DNA of 64,000 nucleotides from Ancylonema sp. (Eukaryota): assembly GCA_050230475.1 (NCBI GenBank), contig JBFLGF010000029.1, positions 1-64,000 of the forward strand, given 5' to 3'. A model generated the notes under the pieces. That model saw nothing but the letters and a program-made list of their open reading frames with translations, did no database searches and was not told the origin of the DNA. The stretch's first letter is position 1; each line of letters opens with the position of its first letter. Below, piece after piece: positions 1 to 13,087 of this stretch. The position numbers were made by a program, and so were the translations under genes.

Positions 1-325
1 TCCTGCACGTCTAATCACTCAAAAGCTTATATTTATGTACCCGGAAGTATCCTGAAAAAGCCGTCCCGAAATCCCGAAATCAGCCCTAAAATGACCCTGA
101 TCAACCCTCTATAACCTTTTTTAACCGTGATTAACCCTCATTAACCCCAATTGACCGTGATTAACCCTGGTTAACACCAATAACCCCAGGGTTATCGGGT
201 TAGATCACGGTTAACCCAAAGCCCCGGAGTTTTAACCCTCTTTTCGGGAGTAGGGTTAAATCAGGATATTAATCTCGAGGTTAAGGGTTATGGATTATCA
301 GGGTTAAGGGTTAACCTCCACTCTA
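1..325. mobile_element. Right end of a MITE with TTAACCC/GGGTTAA subterminal repeats
   Basis: Dense TTAACC motifs switch orientation and end in ...CCACTCTA, a TAG-type terminus as in other MITEs here. The left end is not in the window. Confidence 0.5.
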
Positions 326-1269
326 ATAATGGCACAATATATTGTGACAATCTCGATAATGAGACTATTTTTTTCCCTCTTTCCAATCTTGTATAAACAC
401 CCACTATATATATTGTAACAATTACCACAGTGACACACGTTATTGCTATCAAAACCTCTCATATTCTACTACTGCGATGCACTGTGCAGTGAAACCTGTG
501 AGAATTTTTACTGTGCGAATTAGTGTACACTATGATATAAATATATCGCCCATCTCCCGGTTTCCACCCTAAAATTTGACGTGTGAATAAATAATGCCTC
601 CAAACATTTTTATTCCGGTCCCTTCACCATTTATCTAGACATATTATTATAGCGAGTAGATATTAAAACAAACGTCGTTTAGATGACCTATCTTAAGAAA
701 AAAAATCGTTGCAAACCCGATGTGAAAGCTCAAGAAAGCTCAAGCTCGAGCTCAAGTTCGCCCTCGATATAGTGGCATTTGCATAATGTAGCTCTATTGA
801 ATGTCACTATACGGTGAGAACTCTAGCATTTGACACAAAACCCCACTCTCCATAAAAGTGTCACTCTACAGTTAGACATGTCTTTATTAATCATGTCCGG
901 ACCGTTAAAAAAAAAGTCACGACAGGTTATTAGCTTAGACAATATCGCGTCCGAATGTCTTGAGACTCCTTTCCATGTGAATACGAGGGGCATTAGGTTA
1001 ATGTCCACGTCGGAATGAATTAAACTACACGTGCATTTCACATAATGACTCGTCACGAAAAATGGAATGAAGTGAGGGGCTAGTGGTTCGATAAGATTAA
1101 TTGATCAGTGGTTCGATAGTGTATTTGGTTTACAATTCAATTGCCGATGTTGTAAACTAAACTTTTCTTCCACTCTTATGTTTATAACGTATATAACCTA
1201 AACGTATGTAACATTGAACACATTGGTGGTGGATGAGTAGCGGTTGTACGTACACACCCGGTTGTTTAC

Positions 1270-1660
1270 GATGTTAAATGGTGTGTTGAGCTCACATGTC
1301 TTTCGATATTAGCGGCGACTCTAGATTCCGGGGAAGCACTCATTCACAAACACATATACACACTGAAACAGTTGACAAGTGTAAGTATGAATATGAAGGA
1401 ATACATGAATTGATCAAGATGCTCAATGAGCACTCGTGAAGGGTATAAATACTAGTCTTAAACTAGGGCCAGAAGTGAACTCGCTATGAAGGAAAACTGA
1501 ACATAATTCGATATAAGAACAAAGAGAAGCTAAAGCCTAACAAAGGTTTAACTGATAATGAAGTGTAACAATCAAATTAGGGTTGAAAACTAGCCTAAAG
1601 CTAGCTAAGGGTAGGTTACACTGTAGGGACACCCTAGTGGCAATAGAGGGAGTCCTAACA
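1270..1660. mobile_element. LTR-like relic related to the solo LTR at 44419-44861
   Basis: Similar ATGCT..GAGCACTC..ATACTAGTCT block and GTCCTAACA end. The left boundary is uncertain. Confidence 0.45.
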
Positions 1661-2850
1661 CCGTGTCAGATGGGGACGGCGATTTCTTTCTAACGCTCGC
1701 ACCTCGTCGAGGTGAACCACTGTATACCGCCGTAGGGGGACGTGACTCTGTCATAGTCGTATTATGTTCAACAATTGCGGCTCTTTCATGGCTGATGGCT
1801 GGAGTTTGCATACCCAACGTGACTGGAGACGTGACTCCACGTATGTGAGAGAGGGAGGTAGGAGCAAGGGGACTCGATTCACGTGCGCACCGACTGCACG
1901 TTGACCTCCTGCCTCCTCGACAGCAGACACTGTAGGGAAAAAGTGGTTCACCTTAGTGTAATTTTGCAGGTTTGGTCGGGGGCGCCTGCACTAGCTCGTC
2001 GGTCGGCGCCACAAATCTGAAAACCCTGTACATCAAATCTTGTTCTTTTGTCATGCTGGGCACTCTTCTTTTCATTCGCATCAATTCTTTAAACTCCATG
2101 GCTCTACCATCGGCGTCGTCTTTAGATGAGGACATGACGACTTACAAGTCTTACATGATGTGCTTCACAGTGAGAATTGTAGGCGGGCGAATTGTAGGGA
2201 GGGAGTTAGTGGGGACGGGACGGGATGATGATTTGAACCGAGCTTTCTTGATGTTGTGTTCCTTTCCTGTGTTGGGAGGTGCGCGTGACGTTTACATTTA
2301 TTTTGAAAGCTCCCATGTTGAAATGGTAATATTGGACGCAACGATTTTTTCGCGAGGTAATATTGTAGACAGCGAGGGTGCATCGCATCGCACTCGAAAT
2401 GGGGTGCCTAAAGTTGGATGCGATGGCGCGGTGAGCCTTGTACGCGGGAGCTAGTGAGGTATAGGCAATTATTGAACAATATTTCGTCGAGGCAGACCAT
2501 ACCACATATCGATCTCTTGTGCGAGAGATCAGGTGACCACGACTATCAATTTTCGCAAGGGCATCACGGCAGACCGTTAACGAAGTCTGACGTGCGAAAA
2601 ATCACGTGACGTCGACATCCACAAATCGATGGTCCGAGGTTTGCCTAAGGTCTAAGGCTTGCCCTGAGGCCTCCACCGATTCGAAAGGAGAGCCGAAGCC
2701 CACCCGGAATGCCCTTCCAAAACGCGGCTCTCTTCCCCAAATAATCTCCGTCCCAAACTACGAAAGCCGTTCAACCCATTCCGCGTGAGCCGGGGGGCTC
2801 GCAAAACCGGTAATGTTCTAGGAAGCGCGCTAAGGAATGTCGGGCTCCTA

Positions 2851-3680
2851 GGGGAGAAACTCCCGGCCGAAAAAAAGTGAACGGCGCATGTTCGACGCAC
2901 CGCCGCTCCCGATATAATGCTCGAAATACAATTTTTTTAATGATGTTAGATTTTGTCTATAGCTTCAAAACGCATTTTTTAATTTGAAATCCGATGACGG
3001 ACAGTTGAGATACGGTCGTTTTAGTGGCAAAAAAGTGAACGGACTACGCTCGGCCTCAGGAGTCCTCGAGATAAGGCTTTTGAACAAAAGTGAACGAATG
3101 AACGGCGGAAAAAAATGAGATGAAGGAAAGTGAACGGATTTTTCAGTGTAAAGTGAACGGTGCGGTGAAAAAAAAACGAGATCTTGAAAAAATCCGGAAC
3201 GAATTCTGGAAAACCTTTCTGCGATACAGCGACAAATTAAATTATCTACCGCGCCGAACACTGCCCACCGTGGTCGACTGGCAATCCGCAAATTTGGCGA
3301 CCGAAAATGAATGTAACCAAACTAAAATTTGAGAAAGTGAATGGGATGAGTGTAAAGTGAACGGAAAAAAATGAACGGGTCCGTTCAAAATCGGAAAATG
3401 AACGGCCTGAAACATCGAGATAAAGTTTCAAAACGAAAAGTGTACGGGCCAAAAAAAAAACCTGTATGCCGAGCTTAAACCTGAACCAACAGTGAACGGA
3501 ATTTTTACTATAAAAGGGTTTTGAACCCCTTCCGCTTATTGGATGACGTTCAAAAAGGGTGCGTTTTAAAGGTCAGCTACCGTAATAAACAAAAATCAAT
3601 TGAATCTGATAAATAAATCTCACGTTACGATACATTAAGCAGGACTACCCAGAAATTAGGCGGGCGGAAGCTCCTCCCCC
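2851..3680. mobile_element. Harbinger-like MITE (AAAGTGAACGG motif), ending ~350 bp upstream of the MAP3K ATG
   Basis: Imperfect GGGG-initiated TIRs and long co-linear similarity to 38257-39693. The superfamily is inferred from the termini only. Confidence 0.72.
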
Positions 3681-4034
3681 AGGGTCGGGCTTGATATCGT
3701 GCTCCTGACTTCAATCCACCGCCGCCGATGCTCCGGTTCTTAGTGCCCGCCCTATCGCCCCCCCCCCTCCGCCCCGTCTCCCCCTCGCCCTGCCGCCTCA
3801 GATTGTATAACCGCCCCCGACCGGGGAATTTTGTCCTCGCCCGCAGTTAAGTCCACTGGCCCCACTGGGCTCGTGGGAACACCCAAAGGCTGCACGAATG
3901 TGACAGCCATTGTTTTCTTGCGTTTTTTACCCTGAACCGTCGTGCACAGGATGGTAGAACCGGGTTCAAATTCTGGATTACATTCCCAGCTGTAGATTGC
4001 TTGCTGAATCCTCCGTGCGGTACAGTATGCAAGA

Positions 4035-6701
4035 ATGAATCACGAAGATGTATCCAGTGGCCAACGTCAAGGTCGCGAGATTGAGAGGGGGGGACCGGCC
4101 CCCCTCAATCTCCCTGCAACCGGGTTCAATCTTGCGCCTCTCCTCACATTCAGCAATCGCAGCTATCCTGCTGGCCCAAAAAACAATGGTAACGGGGCCG
4201 TGGGAAACGTTTTCGGAAGCCGATCGCAACAGGCGCCGGCTCCTCCCCAAACATTAGCGGCGCCAGGTGTGGGGGCAGCATTCGGTTTAGGCCGTGTTGG
4301 CAGCAATTCGAGCTCCAGCTGCAGCAGCGGCTCGGTTCCAGAGAAGAAAGTTGCGAGCAGCCCTCTGCAGAGCCCAGGGGCGTCGGCCAATGGAACAACG
4401 AGGCCGATGCAGTTGAGGGAGGACCTTTTCAGGAATTCTCCCCGCGGAACCGTGCACGAGGCACGGAGTGAGGGGTCCACGTCTTCCTGGGATTTCATTA
4501 CCCCCCGGAAGCGGAGCAGCCCACTGAGCTCGCACGGTCCGACAAGCGGAGAGGGTGCGGGTGGCGATGAGAAACCAGGATCCGCCAAAGCAGAGGCTCA
4601 TCCACTGCTGGCACTGCCAGCTCCGCCCACTTCCGACCCCGACTTGAGCAGAAGCTCGTCTCGAGGGCGAGGAGAGGACTTGTTGGCCTTCGGCTTCGGT
4701 GCGGCCAAACCAAAATCGGGGCCCCAACCCCTTCCCCCCCCCCCCCCCCCGGATGTATTTAGTCGCCAGTCTTCCACGTCTTCCCGCAACTCCCCCACTC
4801 ACTCCCCCACTGGCCCACCTGCCCAACCGCGCATCGCACCCAGCAGGTGGAAGCTGGGGAAGGAACTCGGACGGGGGAATTTCGGCGTCGTCTACGAGGG
4901 GTTGAACCCGTGAGTGGCCGCGGGATGAGCCCACGGGTTTGCAGAGGGCCATGGAAGTGCTACGCGGGAGGGGGGATGGGGACAGAGAGACGGGGAGTTT
5001 CTTCGCTGTCAAGGAGGTGCCGATTGACAGCAGAGCGCCGGAGGCGGGTGACATAGAGCGGGTAACCAACGCGTAACCAACGCGTCCATCTTGCGTCTTG
5101 CCGTATGTAGACTCCATCGGGTCGTGTGTGGGTGTCAGGAGGTGGAGCTGCTGAGCCGTCTGCACCACCCCAACATTGTGCACTACCTGGGGACGAGCCG
5201 GGTGAGCCCACAGCCCACAGCAGAGGACACCGAGTGGGTAGACGGGATACTGGATTGCGACCTTACATCGCCTTTGGGGGTGGGGGGGGAGGGTGCAGAA
5301 AGAGGACAAGCTGTACATCTTCATGGAGCTCGTCAAGGGCTCCCTCCACGCAGAGCTCGCCAAATACTCGTGCTTCGAGGAGACCATGATCCGCACGTAC
5401 ACGCGGCAGATACTACACGGGTTGGCATACCTACACTCCCAACAGACCCTCCACCGCGACCTCAAGTGCGCCAACCTGTTGGTGGACTCCAACGGTCAGG
5501 TGAAGCTGGCGGACTTCGGCATGGCGAAGCAGATGACAGAGGACCTCCTCCTGCACTCCATGAAAGGGAGCCCCTACTGGATGGCGCCCGAGGTCATGGG
5601 AGCAGTGGGCTCAGTGGGCTCAGGCGGGCCCGGGTATGGACACGGCCACGGGCACAGGCACGGGCAGGACCTGGGGTATGGCCTCCCAGCCGACATCTGG
5701 AGTCTGGGGTGCACCATAGTGGAGATGGCAGACGGGAAACCGCCGTGGAGCAACTGTGGAGGGGTGAGGGATCGCTCCCTCAAAAATGTAGAACAAGGGG
5801 GTGATTTGGGGCCTCACTTTCCCGGTTATCCCCCCCTTCTGGTTGGTCGCAGTTCTCGTTCGTGTTGCGCATGAACAAGGGGGAGGTGCCCGCCATTCCG
5901 GATCACTTATCCGCAGATGCCAGGGACTTCCTTCACCTCTGCTTTCAGCACAACCCCTCCGCTCGCCCCACCGCACTGGAGCTCCTGTCGCATCAATTCA
6001 TTTCCCCTCCCCCAACCCCCTGTCCCACGTACGAAGCCAACCCACACCACACCCCGCCATGCCCCACCAACAAACAAGCTAGGAACTAATTGTAATCTAC
6101 GATTTTAAGACCCCCCATGCCTTGTTTGTGTCCCAGTGTCCCTCTGAAGGTGTACCACCGCAGCATGAGCAGCATCTCCCTCCCCTCCACCCATTCTGCC
6201 AGCAGCGGCGGGCGGTCCAGCTGGCAGAGCGCCAGTAGCCGCAGCCCCCACCACACCACCAGCTTGCTCTTGGGCATGGACAACGGGAGCCCAACCGCGC
6301 TGCCTTCCCCACCCTCGTCCAAAACTAGCCCCGCCGTTCTGCCACCCCCCCCGGGGACTGGTGGGGAGGGCGCCAGCTGTCGTGGTGGGAACGATGGGCA
6401 GAGTGGGAGGCAAGGCCGGCATGAGGAGCGGTGGGGGGGGGAGTCTGTAGGTAGGGCAGGAGAACAACTGAGGGGGATGACTCTTGACAGGGGGGGGGGG
6501 GGGAGAAGCGGGGGGGGGGGTGGGAAGCCAGGTCCCCTCCCCGTAGGCCCCCCAAGGGTTCAAAGTGATCCGAAATTGGGGGGGGACCATTTGGACTCTA
6601 AGTATAGTCCTTGGTTTGGGGGGGAGGGTCTGCTCCCCCTGCGTTATCTGCAAACACCAACCATTAGTGCTCCAACAAATGGAGGACCAACAAACACGTA
6701 A
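4035..6701 (+). CDS. MAP kinase kinase kinase (MEKK/YODA-like), 6 exons: 4035-4909, 4986-5061, 5139-5201, 5299-5763, 5853-6028, 6137-6701
   Basis: The spliced product has the kinase motifs LGRGNFG, FAVKEV, HPNIVHYLG, HRDLKCAN, DFG, KGSPYWMAPE and DIWSLG. All introns are GT-AG and phase-compatible. The N- and C-termini are long and Ser/Pro-rich. The last intron (6029-6136) is inferred from phase only; unspliced, the ORF stops at 6089. Confidence 0.88.
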
Positions 6702-7388
6702 GGTTGAGATCGATGAGGTTATTGAGGGTAGTACGCCGGTGATTGGGCATTTGGGCGCATGTACATAATTATGGGGAAGACTTGTCTGATTGTTGAAAGT
6801 AATATTGTAGCAAGAAACCTGGGGGTGTGTCAAGGACAGCCGTTTATAGTGGAGTCCCATATTTGTCATGTGCGTTTGCACGTTATGTGCTTCGGGCACC
6901 AATGTTGCGATGGTGGAGGGGGTGGAAGTGATTGGGCTGTAGTCCCACATGCCCTGTACGGGAATTCATCATTTCTGGATCTTCTACTGTCGGGTTTTCT
7001 ATATATGTGATTTCGAAGAGTCTGACATGAATTTGATAAGAAAAACAACAAGAAGTCTTAGTGTGCACATCTCAAATGGACCTTAATCGTTGTGTTAATT
7101 CTTCCTATTATTCTTACTGTACGGGCCAGAAATAATGACCTGGGTTTATTGTTATTATATAATAATAATAAAAAAACGTGTTTGACCCACCAACTGACCC
7201 TTCCACGCGCCTAGTATAAATTTTCCGAACTTTCTGAACTTTAATTGTCATATGCTGACATAGATGTAGAATGACCCACCTTTTTGCCAACTTATTTTGT
7301 AGTGACCCACCCTTTTCTAACTTATTTCCGGGTCACCATCTTTAGCCAATACCATACCCTCAATCTCATCCCCATCGAATTATAGACA

Positions 7389-7793
7389 TGTTAGGATATA
7401 AGAAGTTTTGGCGTCATATCGAAATTCTTGATCTTTAAATAAAAAGGATCACGTCATTACAAGCGTGGACACAACAACATTGTAAGCTTGAAGTAGAAAA
7501 GTATTGATTACAGAATTATGCATGCAAGCTGAGACCTAGTACAGTCGAGTGTTGCCTGGTCAAATATCAATTGATATCGAAACTACTTGGCAAATTGCCA
7601 ATCATATCTAAGCATTTTGCCACATCGTCTTATTATTATCGACACTTGTGCCAGATGGCCAAGCATGTCGACGTAATCATTGTAACAAGGACATCGGCCT
7701 GCATCTGTTGAAATACGACAAAACTAAAGCTAATTTCCCGGATATACTAAAACCGATATAACGAAAAAAGTTCACAGCCCCTAAAAACAAACA
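7389..7793. mobile_element. Solo LTR related to the LTRs of the copia at 41571-45865
   Basis: TG..CA ends and shared blocks GATCACGTCATTACAAGC, CCTAGTACAG and CCCCTAAAA. No TSD recognised. Confidence 0.65.
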
Positions 7794-8208
7794 TGATTCA
7801 AATCCCGTTCGAAATCGTAACATTTAATATTGAAAAACAAGATTGAAAAATATTCTACCAGAATGACTTGGGTCATAATAACTCTAATTACTTGGTTTTG
7901 GAGTGGTCTCTAGAATCTTAGAACAGTTTGTTTTTCTTGAGCAAGGGAAATTAAAAAAAAAAACCACGGATTCTATGAAGCATAAAACTATTTATTGTGT
8001 AATTTTTTGTTGAAGGGGAAACTTGGGTCCGGTCTGGTCTCAGGAGCCACCTATCGTTGAAACCGTCTCCTCACAGAGGAGAAAGTAGAGGCCACTATGT
8101 TACGTAGTGACATGTAACCGCTCGTCCAATCTGTAAGTTTTTCCTCGTCATAGCAAACAATAGCAATGCCATTATGTATGCAGCTAATCTGTGTATGCGT
8201 GCGTCACG

Positions 8209-8231
8209 CACACACACACACACACACACAC
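8209..8231. repeat. (CA)n microsatellite
   Basis: Uninterrupted CA run. Confidence 0.9.
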
Positions 8232-8644
8232 TTAGACGCACATCGCCATGCTACATGTCAAATCACATCTATAATTAAACGCCTTGAAGTATTAAGATAG
8301 ATAGACACGTGAATAAATAATAATAAAATGTAGTACGTTGTGACACGATATCTTTTTTGGGATCGTAGAAACCATTGATTCGTCGTTCATAGATGTTCCG
8401 AACTATCGAATCTCATTGTCAAAATTAATAAATTCAGGTTAAATTTATACACCAAGTATGGTAATTGACAACGAAGTAAACATGAAGTTTTGCATTATCA
8501 TCTGAGGCGAGTACGGTTTGTATAGTATTTTGCATAGCTGGTATTTCTACGTGCGGCGCGCGCACGTACCCCGCACGGTGTTTTCGCGCACGCGGACCCC
8601 ACGCGCCTGCGAATCTCCCGCATGATGCGCGGCCAACAATGCTA

Positions 8645-9203
8645 CAGTGCGGTCTTAATATAGTGACACTTTTGTAGACATGGAGATTTAATGTCACTAT
8701 ATCGAATGCTATGGTTGTCACTCTATACATTGTATAGTGACATTTGATAGGTCGAAAATAGACAGATGTCACTATATCGAGAGAGTGAAATTTAAGTCGG
8801 TATTTTTAAGGGAAGTGGCTCATCTAAACGGCGTTTTTTATGATATCCTTTTGCTATAGTAGAATTTGTCTACATGACTAATGTTGGATTTTTTTATTTT
8901 TTATTTTAAAGATCGGTTTTCAATTTACACGTCATATTTAGATGAAAACCAAAATCGGGCAGAATATTTTATATTACATTAGACACTTCACTGATTTTCA
9001 AAGTATAAATTTGGACACGTTTCACCGTATAGTGACATCGTTGTAATAAAATCTCGGATTTTTGGGTCACTATAACGTATGTCACTACAGCGATTGTCAC
9101 TATATACAGTAGGTTTTCATACGTGATTCGAAAAAGGGCAAATAAAATGTCATTATGTTGAGATTATCACTGTAGAGTGTGTCACTATATCGAGAGTGCA
9201 GTG
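8645..9203. mobile_element. Tc1/mariner-type MITE (GTCACTATA motif); degraded inverted relative at ~330-900
   Basis: Imperfect TIR CA(G/C)TGC...ATATAGTGACAC with TA on the left. Internal segments match 540-690 in reverse complement. Confidence 0.65.
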
Positions 9204-9769
9204 CAATATGTTTCTTTTTTTTTACGGGGACTCCCCCATCTCCGCTTTTTCTTTTGGGCGGGTCAATCAATTGATATGTACAAAATAGACACGTAACATT
9301 GTAGAGTATAGTATTGTACCTTCTCCTAATTTATACTATGATGTGTAATCCATACTATGAACGTATGAGACGTTGTTGATGGTTTTAACAATTTCTTACC
9401 AATATTTATACACATCGCACATCCGCCGGAATTTTCAAGTATTTTATTTTGAAGGATTCGACTAAGACAAGTTGAGTGATTCGTTTGTTGATTGGTCGCA
9501 AACTAGGGATGGGGCGCGTGTCTTGTGTGGGCTTGTTGTTCGGAGGGATCCCCAAAGTGGAGTTTCCCCTCATTTGGTGAACCCTGCCTAATTTATTATT
9601 TAGTAGATTAATGACCAGTCTAATTTCATAAGACATTTTTCGCTTATAAACCACCCAATCACCCGCCCATCACTAATTTAACAACATGTCTGGATATCGT
9701 CCTTGGCACCCTCAATAATTTTCAATAGACTATTGAAACCCGAAAATAATCATTTAGATGAATTGTAAC

Positions 9770-10335
9770 AAGGTAGAAAAAGGGTACTCAAAATCAAAGA
9801 TAAAACCTGGTTTGGGAACCATTTACGGAAATTCGGGGTCACCTAGATGTTACTCTAGATGTGTTGGAACGTGCTACACGACAAAGTGAGCACGTTCAAT
9901 ACGATACATTTTTTAGAGAGCGACATTTACGACATTAAAGGGCCCGAAAGTCCCATGATATGGAAAATTACCGATGAGACGCACTACACGATAGCATAAT
10001 ACCCTGCATGACGACGAAATTTCGGACGAGCGAGACATCGCGACAAGTACGAGTGCCTATGACGTGCACTTGTGACGTCATAATCTACGTTAAATATTTT
10101 AGAATGACCCGTATGCGGGTGGATATGGGCGAATTATTTTAATTTTGAATCCCAAAGAAGGAAATATTTTATAATTTTTACTACCACAAAAAAACATTGA
10201 CAATAACTAAAGGAATCCCGGAATCATTACCAGAAATCATCGATAATTATTAACGGTATCACGGAATCATTATTGAAAGCATTACGAAAATGATTATTAA
10301 AATAAAATAAAAAGATTACGGTGCCTAGTACGGTA
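9770..10335. repeat. Unclassified interspersed repeat; other copies at ~17000-17480 (same strand) and ~15155-15710 (inverted)
   Basis: Shared blocks GAAATTCGGGGTCACC, CGACATTTACGAC, GGAATCATTACC and terminal TGCCTAGTACGG. Confidence 0.7.
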
Positions 10336-10928
10336 CTTATTGTTTCAGTTTTTTATTGTTTGTACGGTAATTATGTAGTATTCGACACTAGAATTTTGAG
10401 TTACGCGTGGTTGCACGGTTCCCCTAAAATGTGCGGAATGTGTGTTGGTTTTGTATCAATTGCCCTCCTAGGTGTTTTTAGTGATATGGTTTTCATCGTT
10501 GTACTCAGATGGGGTTCCCATTGCTTCCTTTATATTATTTTCTCTTTTTCAATTTATAAAGGTTTATGTAAGAGCCTGCAACCGGACTGGGCTGGGCTGG
10601 GCTGGACTTTCATGTGACTGAAGTCCACATGAGCTCATACACGGGCCAGAACTGAGAAGCTCCAAAAAAACAACTGATTCAGGTGGTCTGGGTTTCGCCA
10701 GGGGGACGACGCTCCCGCTGGGGGGGGTAACCTGGGGGTGACGGGGAGGACAAGAACGATTGCCCCCCCCCCCCGCACGAGAGGATCGTCGGTAGGTAGC
10801 GGGGAAAGTGGGGCGGGCCCCTGTTCAGGCTGACAGGGTTCAGTATTTCCTGATAACCACGTCTGTAGCCCTCGCCTAGCCCAAACTTCTGCTTGCAATT
10901 TCGTTAGCTGACGCTAAGCTACAAGCGG

Positions 10929-11905
10929 ATGATGTCTTTCAGCATCGCCATGTCGCATGCTGTCGCTCCTCTGTGTCACGGCTCTTCTTTTTCAGCGTCT
11001 CGCCATTACTCTGCATTCCCGCCTTGCTCTTCAATTTCATATCCTAGACGGTTCAGGAGCCAACACTCGTTTCCTGCAAGATGTGTTTACGGCAACTTAA
11101 CGGTTACTGGCCATAGTGAGCGGGAGCAGTATCAGTTTCCAGGCCCATTTGCAGCCCAGGCTCCTGCCCAAACTCAGCGTCCTGCCGACGCTGACGTCAT
11201 GGGCCTGCTGCTGCGTCAGCGGATTGTGTTTCTCGGCAGCCAAATGGACGACTACGTGGCAGACGCCGTGGTCAGCCAGTTGCTGCTACTGGACGCGCAG
11301 GACGAGAACAAAGAGATCAGACTTTTCGTCAACTGCCCTGGCGGCTCCATCAGGTCCGTCACCCGTTTGCATGACCATACGGCTGTCGTTAAACGTGACA
11401 AATATCGCTGTGGGCGTGCAGCTCCACGATGGCCATTTTCGACGCCATGCAGCTGTGCCGCGCTCCAGTCTCCACGATCGCGTTCGGCCTCGCTGCCTCT
11501 ACAGCAGCTGTCGTGTTGGCCGGAGGGTCACGTGGCCGCCGCCTAGCGATGCCCAACGCGCGCATCATGATGCATCAGCCAATGGGGGGCGCCAGCGGGC
11601 AGGCCATCGACGTGGAGATTCAGGCCAAGGAAATCATGTACCATAAAAGCAACATCACGCGCCTGCTCTCAGAGTGTACGGGTCAGAGTGTGGAACAGAT
11701 CGAGAAAGACATTGATCGCGACCGCTACATGTCACCCGTAGAGGCGCTCGAGTACGGCCTCATAGACGGGGTGATCGATAAGGACTCCATTATCGCACTC
11801 CTACCTGTACCCGAGAGAGTAAAGCAAAAGAGCGCATTCCTAGAAGCAGACCTAAACCCGCGCAAAGTCCTCACACCTGACGTACCGGATGACGAGATCT
11901 TTTGA
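10929..11905 (+). CDS. CLPP4: Plastid ATP-dependent Clp protease proteolytic subunit ClpP4; exons 10929-11353, 11422-11905
   Basis: Transit-peptide-like N-terminus, then LLRQRIVFLG and PGGS. The catalytic Ser (AAST), His (MMHQP) and Asp (QAIDVE) are present. The C-terminal LTPDVPDDEIF resembles plant ClpP4. One phase-2 GT-AG intron. Confidence 0.92.
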
Positions 11906-13087
11906 GCACAGGGAATGTGGATGTTCTTTGGACTCTAAACTGCACCAATGAAGGAAGGCTGGAAGAATGGAACTGTTTTTCTTGCAAAAACCCTTCCTAG
12001 TTTGTCATATACGTTCGGCACGAGTTGACCTGACAGCCATGGTTCAGGTAGGCTGTGTGGGAATGGCACGCAGGCTATGTAATTACATTGTGTGTGGAGA
12101 AAAAATGCATATCGCGTCCTGAATTGACCATATTGTAGGGACATGTAGTGTTCTGGGTCTGATTCAGTACCTAAACGTTCATCTCCTGACGTGCTGTAAA
12201 CGATTGCTGAGGTTTGAATAAGTCAGAGAGTATTTTAGGTTTTATTTTGTAATCTGCAAAACAATTGAATTCGAATTGGAATTTCGTGTTGAACTTCACA
12301 ACAGATTGGTTATTGTGTTTCAAAAACCAAAAAAAACCCAAAAAAAACCCCAAAAAAAAACCCAAAAAAAACCTCAATGACTCTTGTTACAATTCGTGTT
12401 CTATTTTGACACATCATTTCGAATTTGGGAAATCCGGATCCTCTTGGTATAACAAATGTGGATAATACAATTTCCATTGTACTTGGTTCATGCCAAAATT
12501 GTATTCAGACACGGGCGGGAAAAGAGCCAAATGTGTATTTTACTTATTTTTGCTATTTTGCTTTTTACTTTTAGGTAGCAAGTCAAATTACTCTACAAGG
12601 TGTGGGAGTTGTGGTCTTATATTAGTACACGGATCCTAGATAGGGGTCGGTCTAGTCCGACAGGGGTCGGTCTTGTCATAGTCTTTTACCGAAATCCGTC
12701 CTTGGAGGCCCAATTTTTAAACCGGCGTGCCAATGTGTAAAATCGGTTTAGATTTGGGAAGTTCAAATTTGTATAATGACTTCCACGAAGAACAAAATTT
12801 GGAGAAAAAAATGCATATCTTAGTCTATCCCCGTTGCATCGACTTTTCCGTGAAAAAGAAATGTCGCTGCCGAATTCCTAAAAAGTATATATGTCATACC
12901 TATATTGGTCATGTACAATTGCACGTGTGAAGCACCACATCATATAGGCACATTGTATGGCTACCGTTATCCCAAGGTACTATCCGCTCTACAACTATCT
13001 CCCCATCATGGAACTACGAGAGTGCTCTCCGTACATTCAAATACACATCTACGCAATCATGTGGTCATATGAAAGAGTTCCCCGCAC

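Noticed and set aside
90..320. TTAACCC repeats as telomere or CRISPR array
   Set aside because: Irregular spacing and a switch of orientation fit MITE subterminal repeats; there is no repeat-spacer periodicity.
4287..5492. 401-aa minus-strand ORF
   Set aside because: Antisense shadow of the GC-rich MAP3K exons, with no recognisable motifs.
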